From Haliotis rufescens (taxonomy: Eukaryota), in assembly GCF_023055435.1 (NCBI RefSeq), contig NW_025963968.1, positions 5,766,001 through 5,830,000 of the forward strand: a stretch of 64,000 nucleotides of DNA, in the 5' to 3' direction. The notes beneath the pieces are model-generated. The model was not told the DNA's origin and did not search any database. It saw nothing but the letters and a program-made list of their open reading frames with translations. How positions within the stretch are numbered: the first letter of the stretch is position 1; each line of letters opens with the position of its first letter. Shown here piece after piece: positions 1 through 13,677 of the stretch. The position numbers and the translations under genes were made by a program.

Positions 1-158
1 TGAGTATGGTTTTACGCCGCTTTTAGCAATATTCCAGCAATATCACGGCGGGGGACACCAGAAATGGGCTTCACGCATTGTACCCATGTCGAGAATCGAA
101 CCCGGGTCTTCGGCGTGACGAGCGAACATTCTAACCACTAGGCTACCCGACCGCCCCC
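1..158 (-). mobile_element. tRNA-derived SINE (family 1), near full length
   Basis: Reverse complement reads ggggcggtcgggtagcctagtggttaga...cccgggttcgattc (A/B boxes) and ends gctggaatattgctaaaagcggcgtaaaaccatactca. Many copies occur in the window. Confidence 0.9.
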
Positions 159-190
159 TTGTACACATGTGATAATATTCATATCAATAT

Positions 191-252
191 GGGGCGGTCG
201 GGTAGCCTAGTGGTTAAAGCGTTCGCTCGTCACGCCGAAGACCCGGGTTCGA
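191..252 (+). mobile_element. SINE family 1, head only (tRNA part), head-to-head with the copy at 1-158
   Basis: ggggcggtcgggtagcctagtggttaaagcgttcgctcgtcacgccgaagacccgggttcga, then the similarity stops. Confidence 0.85.
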
Positions 253-477
253 GTGTAATATCTGTATTTACTGTGTATATAGAAGCATATTGAACACGGG
301 AATTTAATATTTTGAATGGCTAATGACGCATTTGTTCCTATGCATTGCACACCATCAAGAAATGAAATTAGTCTTCCACGACATCAGACAAAAAAAAGTT
401 CCACAGAAAATCTCTGCGCTGGACAGAAATCTCCCTCCAGCCTCACTTTCCAACTGGTGTAAACTACATCTAAACTG

Positions 478-701
478 TGATAGGCATTACTAACGTAGCA
501 AATTTAAGTAGTCCTCACATCTAATTATAACAAGGTAGACACAATTTTGTGGATAACAACTTCTTTAATACTGTAAAAAGCGACGTTTCGGTATAGATCC
601 TTATACCGTTGTCAAGCAATCTTTTTACAGTATTAACGAAGTTGTTATACATAAAATTGTGTCTACCTTGTCATCCACCAACTTCTAAGTAATGCCTATC
701 A
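478..701 (-). mobile_element. Palindromic mini-element with a hammerhead-ribozyme-like core (probable Penelope-like-element remnant)
   Basis: Inverted repeats 478-491/688-701 and 530-580/621-671 enclose, on the minus strand, gc-TTGACAA-c-ggtata(aggatc)tatacc-GAAAC-GTC-gc. Confidence 0.6.
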
Positions 702-949
702 AACAATTTATCTCATCATTAACCCAAACTGTGCATTAATCGCTATACCACATTTTCTGGAAATTATCCCCGAAACGCTGTGTATATGAAGGAGCGACGT
801 CACTCAGGTCATGACGTGGTGTAACCCACGAGCACCAGCATGGCACTGACAGGTCCATCAAACACCAGTCTGTCTGATCCGTCAGATCTTGTATCCCCGC
901 AATGCAGGGTATACACCAAACACAGCAGTGACAATCATCCCAGCTTTGG

Positions 950-1216
950 AGTGTCTGTCCGGAAGTAGGTGGTTCGATTCCCGACCGCATCGGCCAAGGA
1001 CGTTAAAAGATGGTACTTGTTGTTACCTTGCCTTTCACTTGGCATTGAGGGAACACAACAAGGACTAGCCTATGGTCCGTATACCATATCAGAGTGGAGC
1101 ATACATATGTCGCATGGTATCTCAGTGGGCTAGCACAATAAGACCGTGCATGCACGTCGATATGTAAGCGCAATGATCTTGAACGCGACGTTATTACCCA
1201 TTTTACCTCACACATC
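950..1216 (+). mobile_element. SINE family 4 (MetaSINE/RUDI-like), diverged
   Basis: B box ggttcgattccc, central aaagatggtacttgttgttacc...ggcattgaggg and cagtgggctagcac, tail cccattttacctcac. The same family sits in intron 1 of the C genes. Confidence 0.65.
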
Positions 1217-1253
1217 CGATCCTACTTTAAATATGTTTTTGGCATTTTGTTGA

Positions 1254-1535
1254 TTTATCACCCCCTCGGTTTGAAAGACAGGGGGATATAGCGACCACCA
1301 TGTCCGCCCGACCGCTTTCCGTTTCCGGAGCACAACTCCCAAACCGTTGAATATTTCGATATGCAGATGAGTCTAGTGGTGAACCGAACAGCATTATTTT
1401 CTTCTTCACTGAACTGAAGATATCCAATAGTAATGGACCAAAAGAGGGGTATAAGTAGCCAAACTCCATTTCCGGATTGCACCAGATCGGGGGGATATAT
1501 TTCCTGATGACTCGTGTTTGGTCAAGCTAAGACCT
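1254..1535 (+). mobile_element. Possible non-autonomous Helentron-associated (HINE-like) element
   Basis: tttatcacccc...ggggatatag 5' motif, gtccgcccg/gtttccgg/caactcc block and 3' ggggatata repeat resemble mollusc HINE layout. Recognised by eye only. Confidence 0.4.
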
Positions 1536-1604
1536 TTGACCCTCATACACTCCCGTTTGTCTGGTGCAACTGTATGTTTACAAATTCCTTTGAAATTACA
1601 AGGT

Positions 1605-1870
1605 TTTTTGGTTTGTTCTTTAACGCCGCACTCAGCAATATTACAGCTATATGACGGCGGTCTGTAAATAATCGAGTCTGGACAAGACAATACAATGATT
1701 ACTATCATGAGCATCGATCAACGCACTTGGGATCGATGACATGCATCAACAAAGTCAGCGAGCCTGATCACCCGAACCCGTTAGTCGCCAATTACAACAA
1801 GCCTTTTACGGCAAGCATGGGTTGCTGAAGACCTATTCTACCCCGGAATCTTCACGGGTCTTCACGGGCC
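1605..1870 (-). mobile_element. SINE-like family 2
   Basis: Reverse complement of gacccgtgaagat..ggggtagaataggtcttcagcaacccatgcttg...gctgtaatattgctgagtgcggcgttaaa. Homologous to 11620-11872. Confidence 0.8.
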
Positions 1871-1967
1871 TATGGAGACACTTCGTATGATACTAGCCGC
1901 GATCTGCAATGGAGTACCGACAGTCAACACACTGGTGGAGCCAATCACGACTCCCTAAACGCCTGCA

Positions 1968-2128
1968 TGGGTCGGTCGGGTAGTCTAGTGGTTAAAGCCT
2001 TCTCTCGTCACGCCGAATACCCGGGTTCGATTCTCGACGTGGGTACAATGCGTGAAGCCCATTTCTGGTGTCCCCCGCCACGATATTGCTGGAATATTAC
2101 TAAAAGCGGCGTAAAACCACACTCACTC
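1968..2128 (+). mobile_element. SINE family 1
   Basis: Full-length match to the family-1 consensus, ending actcactc. Confidence 0.9.
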
Positions 2129-3634
2129 TAAACACTGCACAGCAGATCTTAAATCCGTTCATCATTCAGGTGAGCTACAAACCCCCGTGACCCTGTTATA
2201 TTGTTATTGATTTATTACGGGTCTGTTTACAATCATCAATAGCAAATAAGGTTGCTCTGAACCAAGAGTGAACGTTCATTATTCACATTACAAAAAACAA
2301 ACACTAACGGAGAAACACTGTGCACAATAAATGGAAACATGACGTCTTCATTCGACTTCAAATGCAGTTTTGAATGATGTCTTGTTATTCATAATCCGTC
2401 CGCCCAACTCATTTAAAAAACAATGAAATCTTATACGATTCCGCAGGTGAGGATGCGATCGTCAGTGTGGCAGGAGCGCAATGTATTATGTTGATGATAC
2501 TTGGATGGCATACAACATTAATATGTGCAATAACAATGACGCCACCGGGCGCCATCTCTCACCCACCGCCCGAGGACACTCGGATGTCACGTGACACTAA
2601 CAGACACAATGACAGGTGCGAGTAACTTACGAGGTGGAGACGGGCCCTGGGGCCTACACGATGTCTGTGCGACAGAATGGATTGCCTATCAATGATGATG
2701 CAATGTTAAGCAGGGTCGACACTGTAACAGTTGACTAATGCGCTAATGTTGGGGATCATATTCTAAAACAAGTCATTTATGAGTTATACTCAGTTTACAT
2801 AAAGGGTAATAAGTACACTTTGGCTTTGATCCAAGGCCTTGTTTCCAGATGGTATTCACTTAAAGTCCGCTCTTAAAAATTAACGTCATGACGTTATTAT
2901 TTTGTTTCTAATAAATGCCGTTCCTTAATCCTTTGAACGTGTTTTTGCAAAATGTCTCCATTATTTTTAGTTAGACGTAATTTATGAGATTTCTGCTCGT
3001 CGCAATCACCTTATTCATTGATGAAATGAGCCAGTAGTTGGATCACGGTTTTGATGTTTGGCAGCCTACTTCAGGCTGTCACGTCGCTTGGTAGAAAAGC
3101 GCTTCCATAATTTGTACACTTCACATCGTGGAAACGGAAACGCCTGAAATTTTTCAAATGTCATTGTCATCACATCTTAGGGATAGTGACATTAACACGT
3201 TGAGCTTTTTGCTTTCTTGCTGGAAATATTGAAGTTGTTTCTTGCGCTTGGATAATGGCGCATGGTGTGTTCAAGACTGATTTAAGCAAGTTCTGCGCTC
3301 ATCGGTAGGGATATTTGACGCCATATTACACGTTATGTCACCATTATAAACCAAACCTATGTAAATCAAAGAGGGTCTTCTACATTCCCAAGTAAATTCA
3401 AAGAATAAACGAGATGATAGCGAGATAAAATCTTTCCTTTTTCAACTAAATTTGCTCATGTGTCTCAGGTGCTGCAGTCATCATGCATGTAGCGTGTCAG
3501 CCGTACACGTAACATACTCCGGTCTGGCCTACGACATCAGACTAACATGCTGTGATATAACTTAAAAACTGTTCAAAGCCTCGTTCCACCTCTGTCATTC
3601 CCTTAATTCAACCAGGCACAAAGTTCTAGACATG

Positions 3635-5788
3635 GGCCATGATCATACACCAACCACGACCTGACTATATCACATCAACTATGACCTGACTGTATCACAT
3701 ATCAACCACGACCTGACTGTATCACACATCAACCATGACCTGACTATATCACACAACACCCCCGACTCAAAAGTATCACACATCAACCACGACCTAACTG
3801 TATCACACATCGACCATGACCTGACTGTATCACACATCAACCATGACCTGACTATATCACACATCATCCACGACCTGATTGTATCACACACCAACCATGA
3901 CCTGACTATGTCACATTTCAATCATGACCTGACTATATCACACATCAACCACAACCTGACTATATCACACATCAACGACAACCTGACTATGTTACACATC
4001 AACCATGACCTGTCTATGTCACACTTCAATCACGACCTGACTGTATCACACATCAACCATGACCTGACTGTATCACACATCAACCACGACCCGACTGTAT
4101 CACACATCAACCACTTCCTGACTGTATCACACATCAACCATGACCTGACTGTATCACACATCAACCACTTCCTGACTGTATCACACACCAACCACGACCT
4201 GACTATATCATACATCAACCATGACCTGACTGTATCACACATCAACCATGACCTGACTGTATCACACATCAACCATGGCCTGACTGTATACCACATCAAC
4301 CACGACCTGACTATATCATACATCAAGCACTTCCTGACTGTATCACACATCAACCACTTCCTGACTGTATCACACATCAACCATGACCTGATCATATCAC
4401 GCATCAACCGTGCCTGACTTTATCACACATCAACCACTACCTGATTGTATCACACATCAATCATGACCTGACTGTATCACACATCAACCACGACCGGACT
4501 GTATCACACATCAATCATGACCTGACTGTATCACACATCAACTATGGCCTGACTGTATACCACATCAACCACGACCTGACTATATTATACATCAACCATG
4601 ACCTGACTGTATCACACATCAACCACGACCGGACTGTATCACACATCAATCATGACCTGACTGTATCACACATCAACCATGACCTGATCATATCACGCAT
4701 CAACCGTGCCTGACTTTATCACACATCAACCACTACCTGATTGTATCACACATCAATCATGACCTGACTGTATCACACATCAACCGTGACCTGACTGTAT
4801 CACACATCAACCATGACCTGACTGTATCACACATCAACCATGGCCTGACTGTATACCACATCAACCACGACCTGACTATATCATACATCAACCACTTCCT
4901 GACTGTATCACACATCAACCACTTCCTGACTGTATCACACATCAACCATGACCTGATCATATCACGCATCAACCGTGCCTGACTTTATCACACATCAACC
5001 ACTACCTGATTGTATCACACATCAATCATGACCTGACTGTATCACACATCAACCACGACCGGACTGTATCACACATCAATCATGACCTGACTGTATCACA
5101 CATCAATCATGACCTGACTGTATCACACATCTACCACGACCGGACTGTATCACACATCAATCATGACCTGACTGTATCACACATCAACTATGGCCTGACT
5201 GTATACCACATCAACCACGACCTGACTATATTATACATCAACCATGACCTGACTGTATCACACATCAACCACGACCGGACTGTATCACACATCAATCATG
5301 ACCTGACTGTATCACACATCAACCATGACCTGACTGTATCACACATCAACCAAGACCTGACTATATCACACATCAACGACAACCTCACTATGTTACACAT
5401 CAACCATGACCAGTCTATGTCACACTTCAATCACGACCTGACTGTATCACACATCAACCACGACCTGACTGTATCACACATCAACCATGACCTGATTATA
5501 TCACACATCAACCATGACCTAACAATATCACACACCAACCACGACCTGACTATATCGAACATCAACCATGACCTGACTTTATCACACGTCAACCACGACC
5601 TAACTGTATCACACATCAACCGTGACCTGACTGTATCACACACCAACCACGACCTGACTATATCATACATCAACCACTACCTGATTGTATCACACATCAA
5701 CCATGACCTGACTGTATCACACATCAAACACGACCTGACTATATCACACATCAACCACGACCTGACTATATCACACATCAAACACGAC
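3635..5788. repeat. 27-bp tandem repeat (accatgacctgactgtatcacacatca), ~2.1 kb
   Basis: Direct periodicity. It explains the HDLTVSHIN / MCDTVRSWL ORFs. Confidence 0.95.
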
Positions 5789-6049
5789 AAGTGGCTATTT
5801 TATGGTGGAATTGTGATCGTTACTACCAAAAGGAAACAGCATATCATACTTATATCATACTTATATCATACTTATCAAGTATAATAATACCCAAGTTTAG
5901 GTCGTCTTGGGGAGTCTGCAACTCTCACAACAGCCGGGCACATAAAGGTACAGCAAAGTACCACGCTGTACCTTACTTCCGGGGTATTTGTGTTTTATTA
6001 AATGCCATCCAGGTTCATTACAGATGGTATACATATACACTCTTCCATA

Positions 6050-9000
6050 TCCACATGATCACACTGTGTTTATTGCAAGTAAACATATACACTCAAACAT
6101 ACCCACATGTTCACACTGTGTTTATTGCAAGTAAACATACACACTCATACATACCCACATGTTCACACTGTGTTTATTGCAAGTTAACATATACACTCAT
6201 ACAGACCCACATGTTCACACTGTGTTTATTGCGAGTAAACATATACACTCATACTTACCCACATGTTCACACTGTGTTTTTTGCAAGTAAACATATACAC
6301 TCATACAGACCCACATGTTCACACTGTGTTTATTGCACGTAAACATATACACTCATACAGACCCATATGTTCACACTGTGTTTATTGCAAGTAAACATAT
6401 ACACTCAGACAGACCCACATGTTCACACTGTGTTTATTGCAAGTAAACATATACACTTATACAGACCCACATGTTCACACTGTGTTTATTGCAAGTAAAC
6501 ATATACACTCATACAGACCCACATGTTCACACTGTGTTTATTGCAAGTAAACATAAACACTCATACAGACCCACATCTTCACACTGTGTTTATTGCAAGT
6601 AAACACATACACTCATACATACCCACATGTTCACACTGTGTTTATTGCAAGTAAACATACTCTCATACATACCCATATGTACACACTGTGTTTATTGCAA
6701 GTAAACATATACACTCATACAGACCCACATCTTCACACTGTGTTTATTGCAAGTAAACATACTCTCATACATACCCATATGTCCACACTGTGTTTATTGC
6801 AAGTAAACATATACACTCATACAGACCCACATGTTCACACTGTGTTTATTGCGAGTACACCTATACACCCATACTTACCCACATGTTCATACTGTGTTTA
6901 TTGCAAGTAAACATATACACTCAGACAGACCCACATGTTCACACTGTGTTTATTGCAAGTAAACATATACACTCATACATACCCACATGTTCACACTGTG
7001 TTTATTGCAAGTTAACATATACACTCATACATACCCACATGTTCACACTGTGTTTATTGCAAGTAAACATATACACTCATACAGACCCACATGTTCACAC
7101 TGTGTTTATTGCGAGTAAACATATACACTCATACTTACCCACATGTTCACACTGTGTTTATTGCAAGTAAACGTATACACTCAGACAGACCCACATGTTC
7201 ACACTGTGTTTATTGCAAGTAAACATATACACTCATACATACCCACATGTTCACACTGTGTTTATTGCAAGTTAACATATACACTCATACAGACCCACAT
7301 GTTCACACTGTGTTTATTGCAAAAAAACATATACACTCATACAGACCCACATGTTCACACTGTGTTTATTGCAAGTAAACACATACACTCATACAGACCC
7401 ACACGTTCACACTGTGTTTATTGCAAGTAAACATACTCTCATACATACCCATATGTCCACACTGTGTTTATTGCAAGTAAACATACACACTCATACATAC
7501 CCACATGTTCACACTGTGTTTATTGCAAGTAAACATATACACTCATACAGACCCACATGTTCACACTGTGTTTATTGCGAGTAAACATATACACTCATAC
7601 AGACCCACATGTTCACACTGTGTTTATTGCAAGTAAACATATACACTCATACAGACCCACATGTTCACACTGTGTTTATTGCGAGTAAACATATACACTC
7701 ATACATACCCACATGTTCACACTGTGTTTATTGCAAGTAAACATATACACTCATACAGACCCACGTGTTCACATTGTGTTTATTGCGAGTAAACATATAC
7801 ACTCATACTTACCCACATGTTCACACTGTGTTTTTTGCAAGTAAACATATACACTCATACAGACCCACATGTTCACACTGTGTTTATTGCAAGTAAACAT
7901 ATACACACAGAGAGACCCACATGTTCACACTGTGTTTTTGCAAGTAAACATATACACTCATACAGACCCATATGTTCACACTGTGTTTATTGCAAGTAAA
8001 CATATACACTCAGACAGACCCACATGTTCACACTGTGTTTATTGCAAGTAAACATATACACTTATACAGACCCACATGTTCACACTGTGTTTATTGCAAG
8101 TAAACATATACACTCATACAGACCCATATGTTCACACTGTGTTTATTGCAAGTAAACATAAACACTCATACAGACCCACATCTTCACACTGTGTTTATTG
8201 CAAGTAAACACATACACTCATACATACCCACATGTTCACACTGTGTTTATTGCGAGTAAACATACTCTCATACATACCCATATGTACACACTGTGTTTAT
8301 TGCAAGTAAACATATACACTCATACAGACCAACATGTTCACACTGTGTTTATTGCAAGTAAACATACTCTCATACATACCCATATGTCCACACTGTGTTT
8401 ATTGCAAGTAAACATATACACTCATACAGACCCACATGTTCACACTGTGTTTATTGCGAGTACACCTATACACCCATACTTACCCACATGTTCATACTGT
8501 GTTTATTGCAAGTAAACATATACACTCAGACAGACCCACATGTTCACACTGTGTTTATTGCAAGTAAACATATACACTCATACATACCCACATGTTCACA
8601 CTGTGTTTATTGCAAGTTAACATATACACTCATACATACCCACATGTTCACACTGTGTTTATTGCAAGTAAACATATACACTCATACAGACCCACATGTT
8701 CACACTGTGTTTATTGCAAGTTAACATATACACTCATACATACCCACATGTTCACACTGTGTTTATTGCAAGTTAACATTTACACTCATACAGACCCACA
8801 TGTTCACACTGTGTTTATTGCAAGTAAACATATACACTTATACAGACCCACATGTTCACACTGTGTTTATTGCAAGTAAACATATACACTCATACTTATC
8901 CACATGTTCACACTGTGTTTATTGCAAGTAAACATATACACTCATACTTATCCACATGTTCACACTGTGTTTATTGCAAGTAAACATATACACTCATACT

Positions 9001-9092
9001 TATCCACATGTTCACACTGTGTTTATTGCAAGTAAACATATACACTCATACAGACCCACATGTTCACACTGTGTTTATTGCAAGTAAACATA
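6050..9092. repeat. 52-bp tandem repeat (cactgtgtttattgcaagtaaacatatacactcatacagacccacatgttca), ~3 kb, with a ~1.6-kb higher-order duplication
   Basis: Direct periodicity. The same run of variant units recurs 1605 bp apart (near-identical ORFs at 6593 and 8198). Confidence 0.95.
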
Positions 9093-9534
9093 ACTGCTTA
9101 TCGGCAGGAGTCGAAGGGTTTATTCGTATATCGAACATTCTTACTTGTGATGTTTTCCTGTTTTCTTAAAAATAACATGTATTAAGCAGATCTTCAGACG
9201 ACAGAAATCGACACAGAATACAATATTAGAGCTTTTTTATTTAGTTTTGTTTTGTTTCATGTGAATTCAATCAGCCGATTAAGAAGAAAACCCTTGGAGA
9301 CGTAGTGCGACATACACGGAGGCTTGGCTCACAAAGTACGCTTTTTTAAAATTAAATGTCGATTTTATACATTTGACACATTTACAGCTAAGCTTTTCAA
9401 TCAAAGTTTCTCCATCAAAGACATGGTCAAGTCTTCCCAGAAATCCACGGCAGACATTCAGAAAACTTGACTGAATCTTGCACGTTTCTTGTCAACATGT
9501 CTATCCCATACTCCGACCTGTACAGGGAGTTTTC

Positions 9535-9672
9535 TTACTTGCACTTACCTTACTCGCTTGAACTTACCTTGCTTGCACTTACCTTACTCGCTTGCACTTA
9601 CCTTACTCGCTTGCACTTACCTTGCTTGCACTTACCTTACTCGCTTGCACTTACCTTATTCAAGTGCACTTA
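9535..9672. repeat. 15/19-bp minisatellite (cttgcacttaccttactcg)
   Basis: About 8 units, visible directly. Confidence 0.85.
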
Positions 9673-10220
9673 CGTAAATGGATCGGGTGGTCATTCTTTG
9701 TTGACTTGGTTCATTGCGCGTGATACCAATCACTGGATTGTCTGGTCCTGATTCGTTTGTTTACATTGTGCCGTCGTATGGCGGGACTATTGCTGTGCTC
9801 GGCGTTAGGCAACAAAGAAACACTTATTTATGCAATTGTGTGAGAGGTGGCTGCTAACGATTGGACAGGAAACGCTCACCCTTTTCGCGAACACCTGGTG
9901 TCATCCATTCATACACTTGTCATCACTGCTTTGTCTCTTACGTCCGAAGCAATCTGTTTTGGAAGATAATCGAAGCTGATATTCTCAGTCCTTGACGTTT
10001 TCAAATGATGAAACACCGAGGTTAAAATGAAACTTTAAACAAAGCCCCAACTCCAGAATATAAATATATGTCAGAATATCACAGCTGCAAAAGTAAGACA
10101 CAATACCCACCTGTTACACCTTGCGCTTTGATCACAGCCGACGTGATGGAATATAATTATTTTGGCAAGGCAATGTTTGTTTGTGTGTTTGTTAGTTGTT
10201 TAACGCCGCACGCAGTAATA

Positions 10221-10570
10221 TTATTTTTTACATATAGCACACTCGGGCTGGTTAGGCTCATCATCAGCCCAGGGCCCTTGCCCCCTCTACACGCAGCCCA
10301 GACAGCGAATGGGACTTCTCCCAGGAAGCGCTGCCTAGTCAAACCCACCCGGAACTATTTCGGAGAATGTGAAGACTCCCCAACACTGCAGCCTTCTGCA
10401 TTACCCAGATTGTCAGTAGGGCTGTACTCCTGGCAACAAACCCGGGTACTCTCCTAATGTCTGGAACAGGGAGGTTCCAAACCATAGGCACCGAGAACAA
10501 TGGGGAGTCGGACAGCTTGGAACATGGGATGCAAGCGATTACTTAATACCAAATCCCTGTCTCAACGATT
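10221..10570 (-). mobile_element. 3' end of an R4/Dong-like non-LTR retrotransposon (RLE C-terminus plus 3' UTR), degraded
   Basis: Minus strand encodes, with frameshifts, PIVLGAYG ... MQKAAVLG SLHILR, resembling the end of R4-clade restriction-like endonuclease ORFs. An A-rich tail follows. Confidence 0.6.
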
Positions 10571-10862
10571 AAACATAATTCTTAATACAATTGAGATACT
10601 TGGGATAAATGGAAATAATAGCAGGTGAATTGAAAGGACAGCATTTTTCAACTTTGTACACCACGTTCTCACACGACGAACTTCAGGATAAGCTTCATTC
10701 CTAGACACCGGGGGTATTTGTTACTAAACGTGGTGGCCATATATATAGTTACACCTCTATCGACAAAGGTTCAGGACAATCAAAGCAAATGTCATCTTAA
10801 ATTTACTGAGAAAACAATATGTGAAAAGTGACTTCCTCCTTTATAACATCTATGTGAAATCT

Positions 10863-11148
10863 GGGGTACGGGTGGCCCAGTCGTCTAAGGCGCCGCGATT
10901 CGCTGTGCAGAGTTGCGTCCCTTGGGCACGCCAGAAACCTATGATTGTGGGTTCGAATCCCGGTTCGCCCGCATTATGTTTCTAGGTTTGTCAGCATCAT
11001 GCCCGTGGTCGTGGGTTTCACCGAAGTGGTAAACGGCCGAGACCTGCATCACTTCGGGCTTTCCTCCCACATTAAGCTGACACGCCGCGATATAACTGGA
11101 ATACTGTTAAAAGCGGCGTTAAACCCAACTCACTCACTCACTCGCTCA
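10863..11148 (+). mobile_element. SINE family 3 (tRNA head with V-domain-like centre)
   Basis: A box tggcccagtcgtctaaggcg, B box gggttcgaatccc, centre gggtttcaccg...gggctttcctcccaca, tail ctggaatactgttaaaagcggcgttaaacccaactcactca. Confidence 0.8.
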
Positions 11149-11369
11149 TCCACTAAATCTAAATCTGGGTACAGCACATTAGGCAGGAGGTAAGTATCCC
11201 GCCCCTCTCTTTGCTGACCTGTTTCTGTATTCATACGAGTCAGAATTTCTGCTCAGGTTAGCAAAATCGACAAAAAAGGACTTTGCCCATGAAGTTTAAC
11301 TTAAGCTTCAGGTAAATTGATGATCTGATATCGCTCAATAATGGGCAAATAGCCATTTTCATTCCTGTA

Positions 11370-11565
11370 ATATACCCACCTGAACCAGAAGGAGATCAGT
11401 GATACCGATTCGTTTGTTTCATATTTAGATTATTACATAAAGATTCAGAGTGACAAATATACTACAACTGTATGACAAGAAGGACGACGTCACCTTTTAA
11501 CCAGTCAACTTTCTCTTTATATCCAGAAATATGCCAGCCTTTGGTGTCTACATTTCACAACTTTT
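11370..11565 (+). mobile_element. Penelope-like element RT C-terminal relic
   Basis: Encodes SFVSYLD...LYDKKDDVTF*PVNFLFISRNMPAFGVYISQL, resembling the LYDKRDDFxFxIVNFPF...YGVYISQL motif of mollusc PLEs. Confidence 0.6.
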
Positions 11566-11619
11566 GAAGTATCATCAAGTACATGTGGAGTACATTTACA
11601 AATTTGATGCAGCATGCAC

Positions 11620-11872
11620 CGTGAAGATCCGGGGTAGAATAGGTCTAACAGGCGACTATGTTGTCGTAAAAGCCGACGAACGGGATCGGATGGTCAGGCT
11701 CGCTGACTTGGTTGATGCATGTCATCGATCCCAATTGCGTGCATCGATGCTCATGATAATAATCACTGGATTGTCTGGTACAGACTCGATTATTTACAGA
11801 CCGCCATCATATAGCTGGAATATTGCTGAGTGCGGCGTAAAACAACAAGCCAACCAACCAACCAACTGCTGT
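11620..11872 (+). mobile_element. SINE-like family 2, inserted in the PLE relic
   Basis: gtgaagatccggggtagaataggtc...gctggaatattgctgagtgcggcgtaaaacaac followed by an (accа-type) caac repeat tail. Confidence 0.8.
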
Positions 11873-13074
11873 GCGCGTAAGGCAACAGTAGACTGGCAAC
11901 AAACATACACTTACTATTTTATGCAAATCGTGAGAATGGCGGGTGCAAAAGGAAGAGCAGGATATGCTTACCCTTATCGCGAACACCTGGAAGATCATTG
12001 ATATAATTCTCAACACTATTTTGCCTTTTACACCTAATGGATTGCGTTCCTGCAGATTGTTGAGACTGATTATTCTCTGGTGTTTATGTTTGGTATTTAT
12101 GAGCACATGCTTATGACACAGTCGGAATCAGAAAATTGAGATTTCTTATGATTATGGAAAGGGTGTTGTCGCTTGTGTCAGTATAAGAGATTTGGAACTA
12201 CTGCATGTTTGCTACTATAACAATTATGCCATAATATTTAATTAAACTGAAATTAAATTATTTTTTAACAAATACATGATCATCATATTGTTATAACACT
12301 TATGCCATATAGGTTATTAAAGCAATATTAAACATAAAATCCATTTTCCTTTACCGTTAAAAAATCATATGATGTTTTTACAGATTTGCTGCAAATACTG
12401 AAATATTTGAATACTTGTATACTTTTCTCTCTCTGTTTTTCATATGAGAATATATAATATATTCTCAATTATATTATTATTATTATTATTAATAATATTG
12501 ATATTATTATTATTATTATAATTATTTGCTCAAATGAAATTCCATGCATAGAAAAGTATATTCGAGTATTTCAGTATATACATAAAATCTGTAAAAAACA
12601 TATTCATCTGATATATATACCCCGTTCAGAGTTAATATAGTCTCCTCGTTTCCATTCAAAGAAGTCCCTAAGTCAGTAAAGCACCGTGTTTATCTCGCGT
12701 CGTTCACGCACCTGTTGCTGAGCGGACGTTGTGTCCCCTTTGCTGAAGGGACATAACTGTCAGTGTTAATGTGTACCGCTCTGGTGACATATGCCAGTCT
12801 TATGCCCGTGGGGGGCTAGGACAATAGGAGTATGGTCTGAAACAATAGAAAAATTAACATTGCAACATATCTTTCTTTCGCCAAACATTGCCGTGATTAA
12901 TTGTTTGGGTTGCCATTGCTAATTGCAATATGTATGTGAATGTGTGTATATGAGAAATTCAAGGTTGAAATATTTGGTGCTTTTGTTTTATTACTGTATA
13001 CAATATGTGTATTTAATAGTTGTTTATTAATTGTGTGTGTGTAATTGTCCCCAAAGTCAGCAAGTAAAATATAT

Positions 13075-13190
13075 GGGGAGTCTTCACATTCTACGAAACG
13101 TTCTGGGTGGGTTCGACTAGGCAGCGCCGTCTGGGCTGGTATAGCGAGGGCAAGGGCCCTGAGCTGATGATGAGCCTAACCAGCCTGATT
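13075..13190 (+). mobile_element. Short 3' fragment of the same R4/Dong-like element
   Basis: ggggagtcttcacattctacgaaacgttctgggtgggttcgactag (GSLHILRNVLGGFD*) plus ggggcaagggccctgagctgatgatgagcctaaccagcc matches the reverse complement of 10245-10380. Confidence 0.65.
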
Positions 13191-13677
13191 TAACCAGGAT
13201 CACCCAAATCCTCATTGCTGCCTTTTGATAGTAAATAATACTATAATCTACGTAGATAATACTACTCGCATCTACGTAGAAGATACTTTCATCTACGTAC
13301 ATTATATAATCATCTACGTAGAAGAAAGTATCACCTACTATCAAATTATCGACTTTGGAAACAATATTTTAAGAGTAATCGACACTAGTTCCGGTCAGGT
13401 ATATGTAACTTCCGGTTTAATTGATAATGTCCGATTTGTTTGATTTTCTACCTTGACGTGTCTTTATTGGGGTACTATTTAAACATTGTATAAGGTATAT
13501 CTTCATTCAATGTGTCGAAGTTACTGGAGCAGGACACACGTTAAAACCGTAAAAAGAGAGCAAAATATTGTTCAAACCACAAGCAAACAAACATACAACT
13601 ATCGGTCATTATTAATTTTTTTAGCGAAATTATATATCAACCATACCATGGCTGAAGTCGGAGAAATCACTCATACA

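Noticed and set aside
191-252. tRNA-Asp-like gene (GTC loop, A/B boxes)
   Set aside because: It is the head of a multi-copy SINE and lacks a proper acceptor stem.
3679-8879. His/Cys/Thr-rich ORFs
   Set aside because: Translations of the 27-bp and 52-bp satellites, with no gene signals.
3635-9092. CRISPR-like regular repeats
   Set aside because: Units are contiguous with no unique spacers, there are no cas genes, and the context is eukaryotic.
13160-13190. CTGATGA hammerhead core in the R4-like 3' UTR (also 10245-10270, minus)
   Set aside because: No stem II followed by GAAA, so the hammerhead topology cannot be built.
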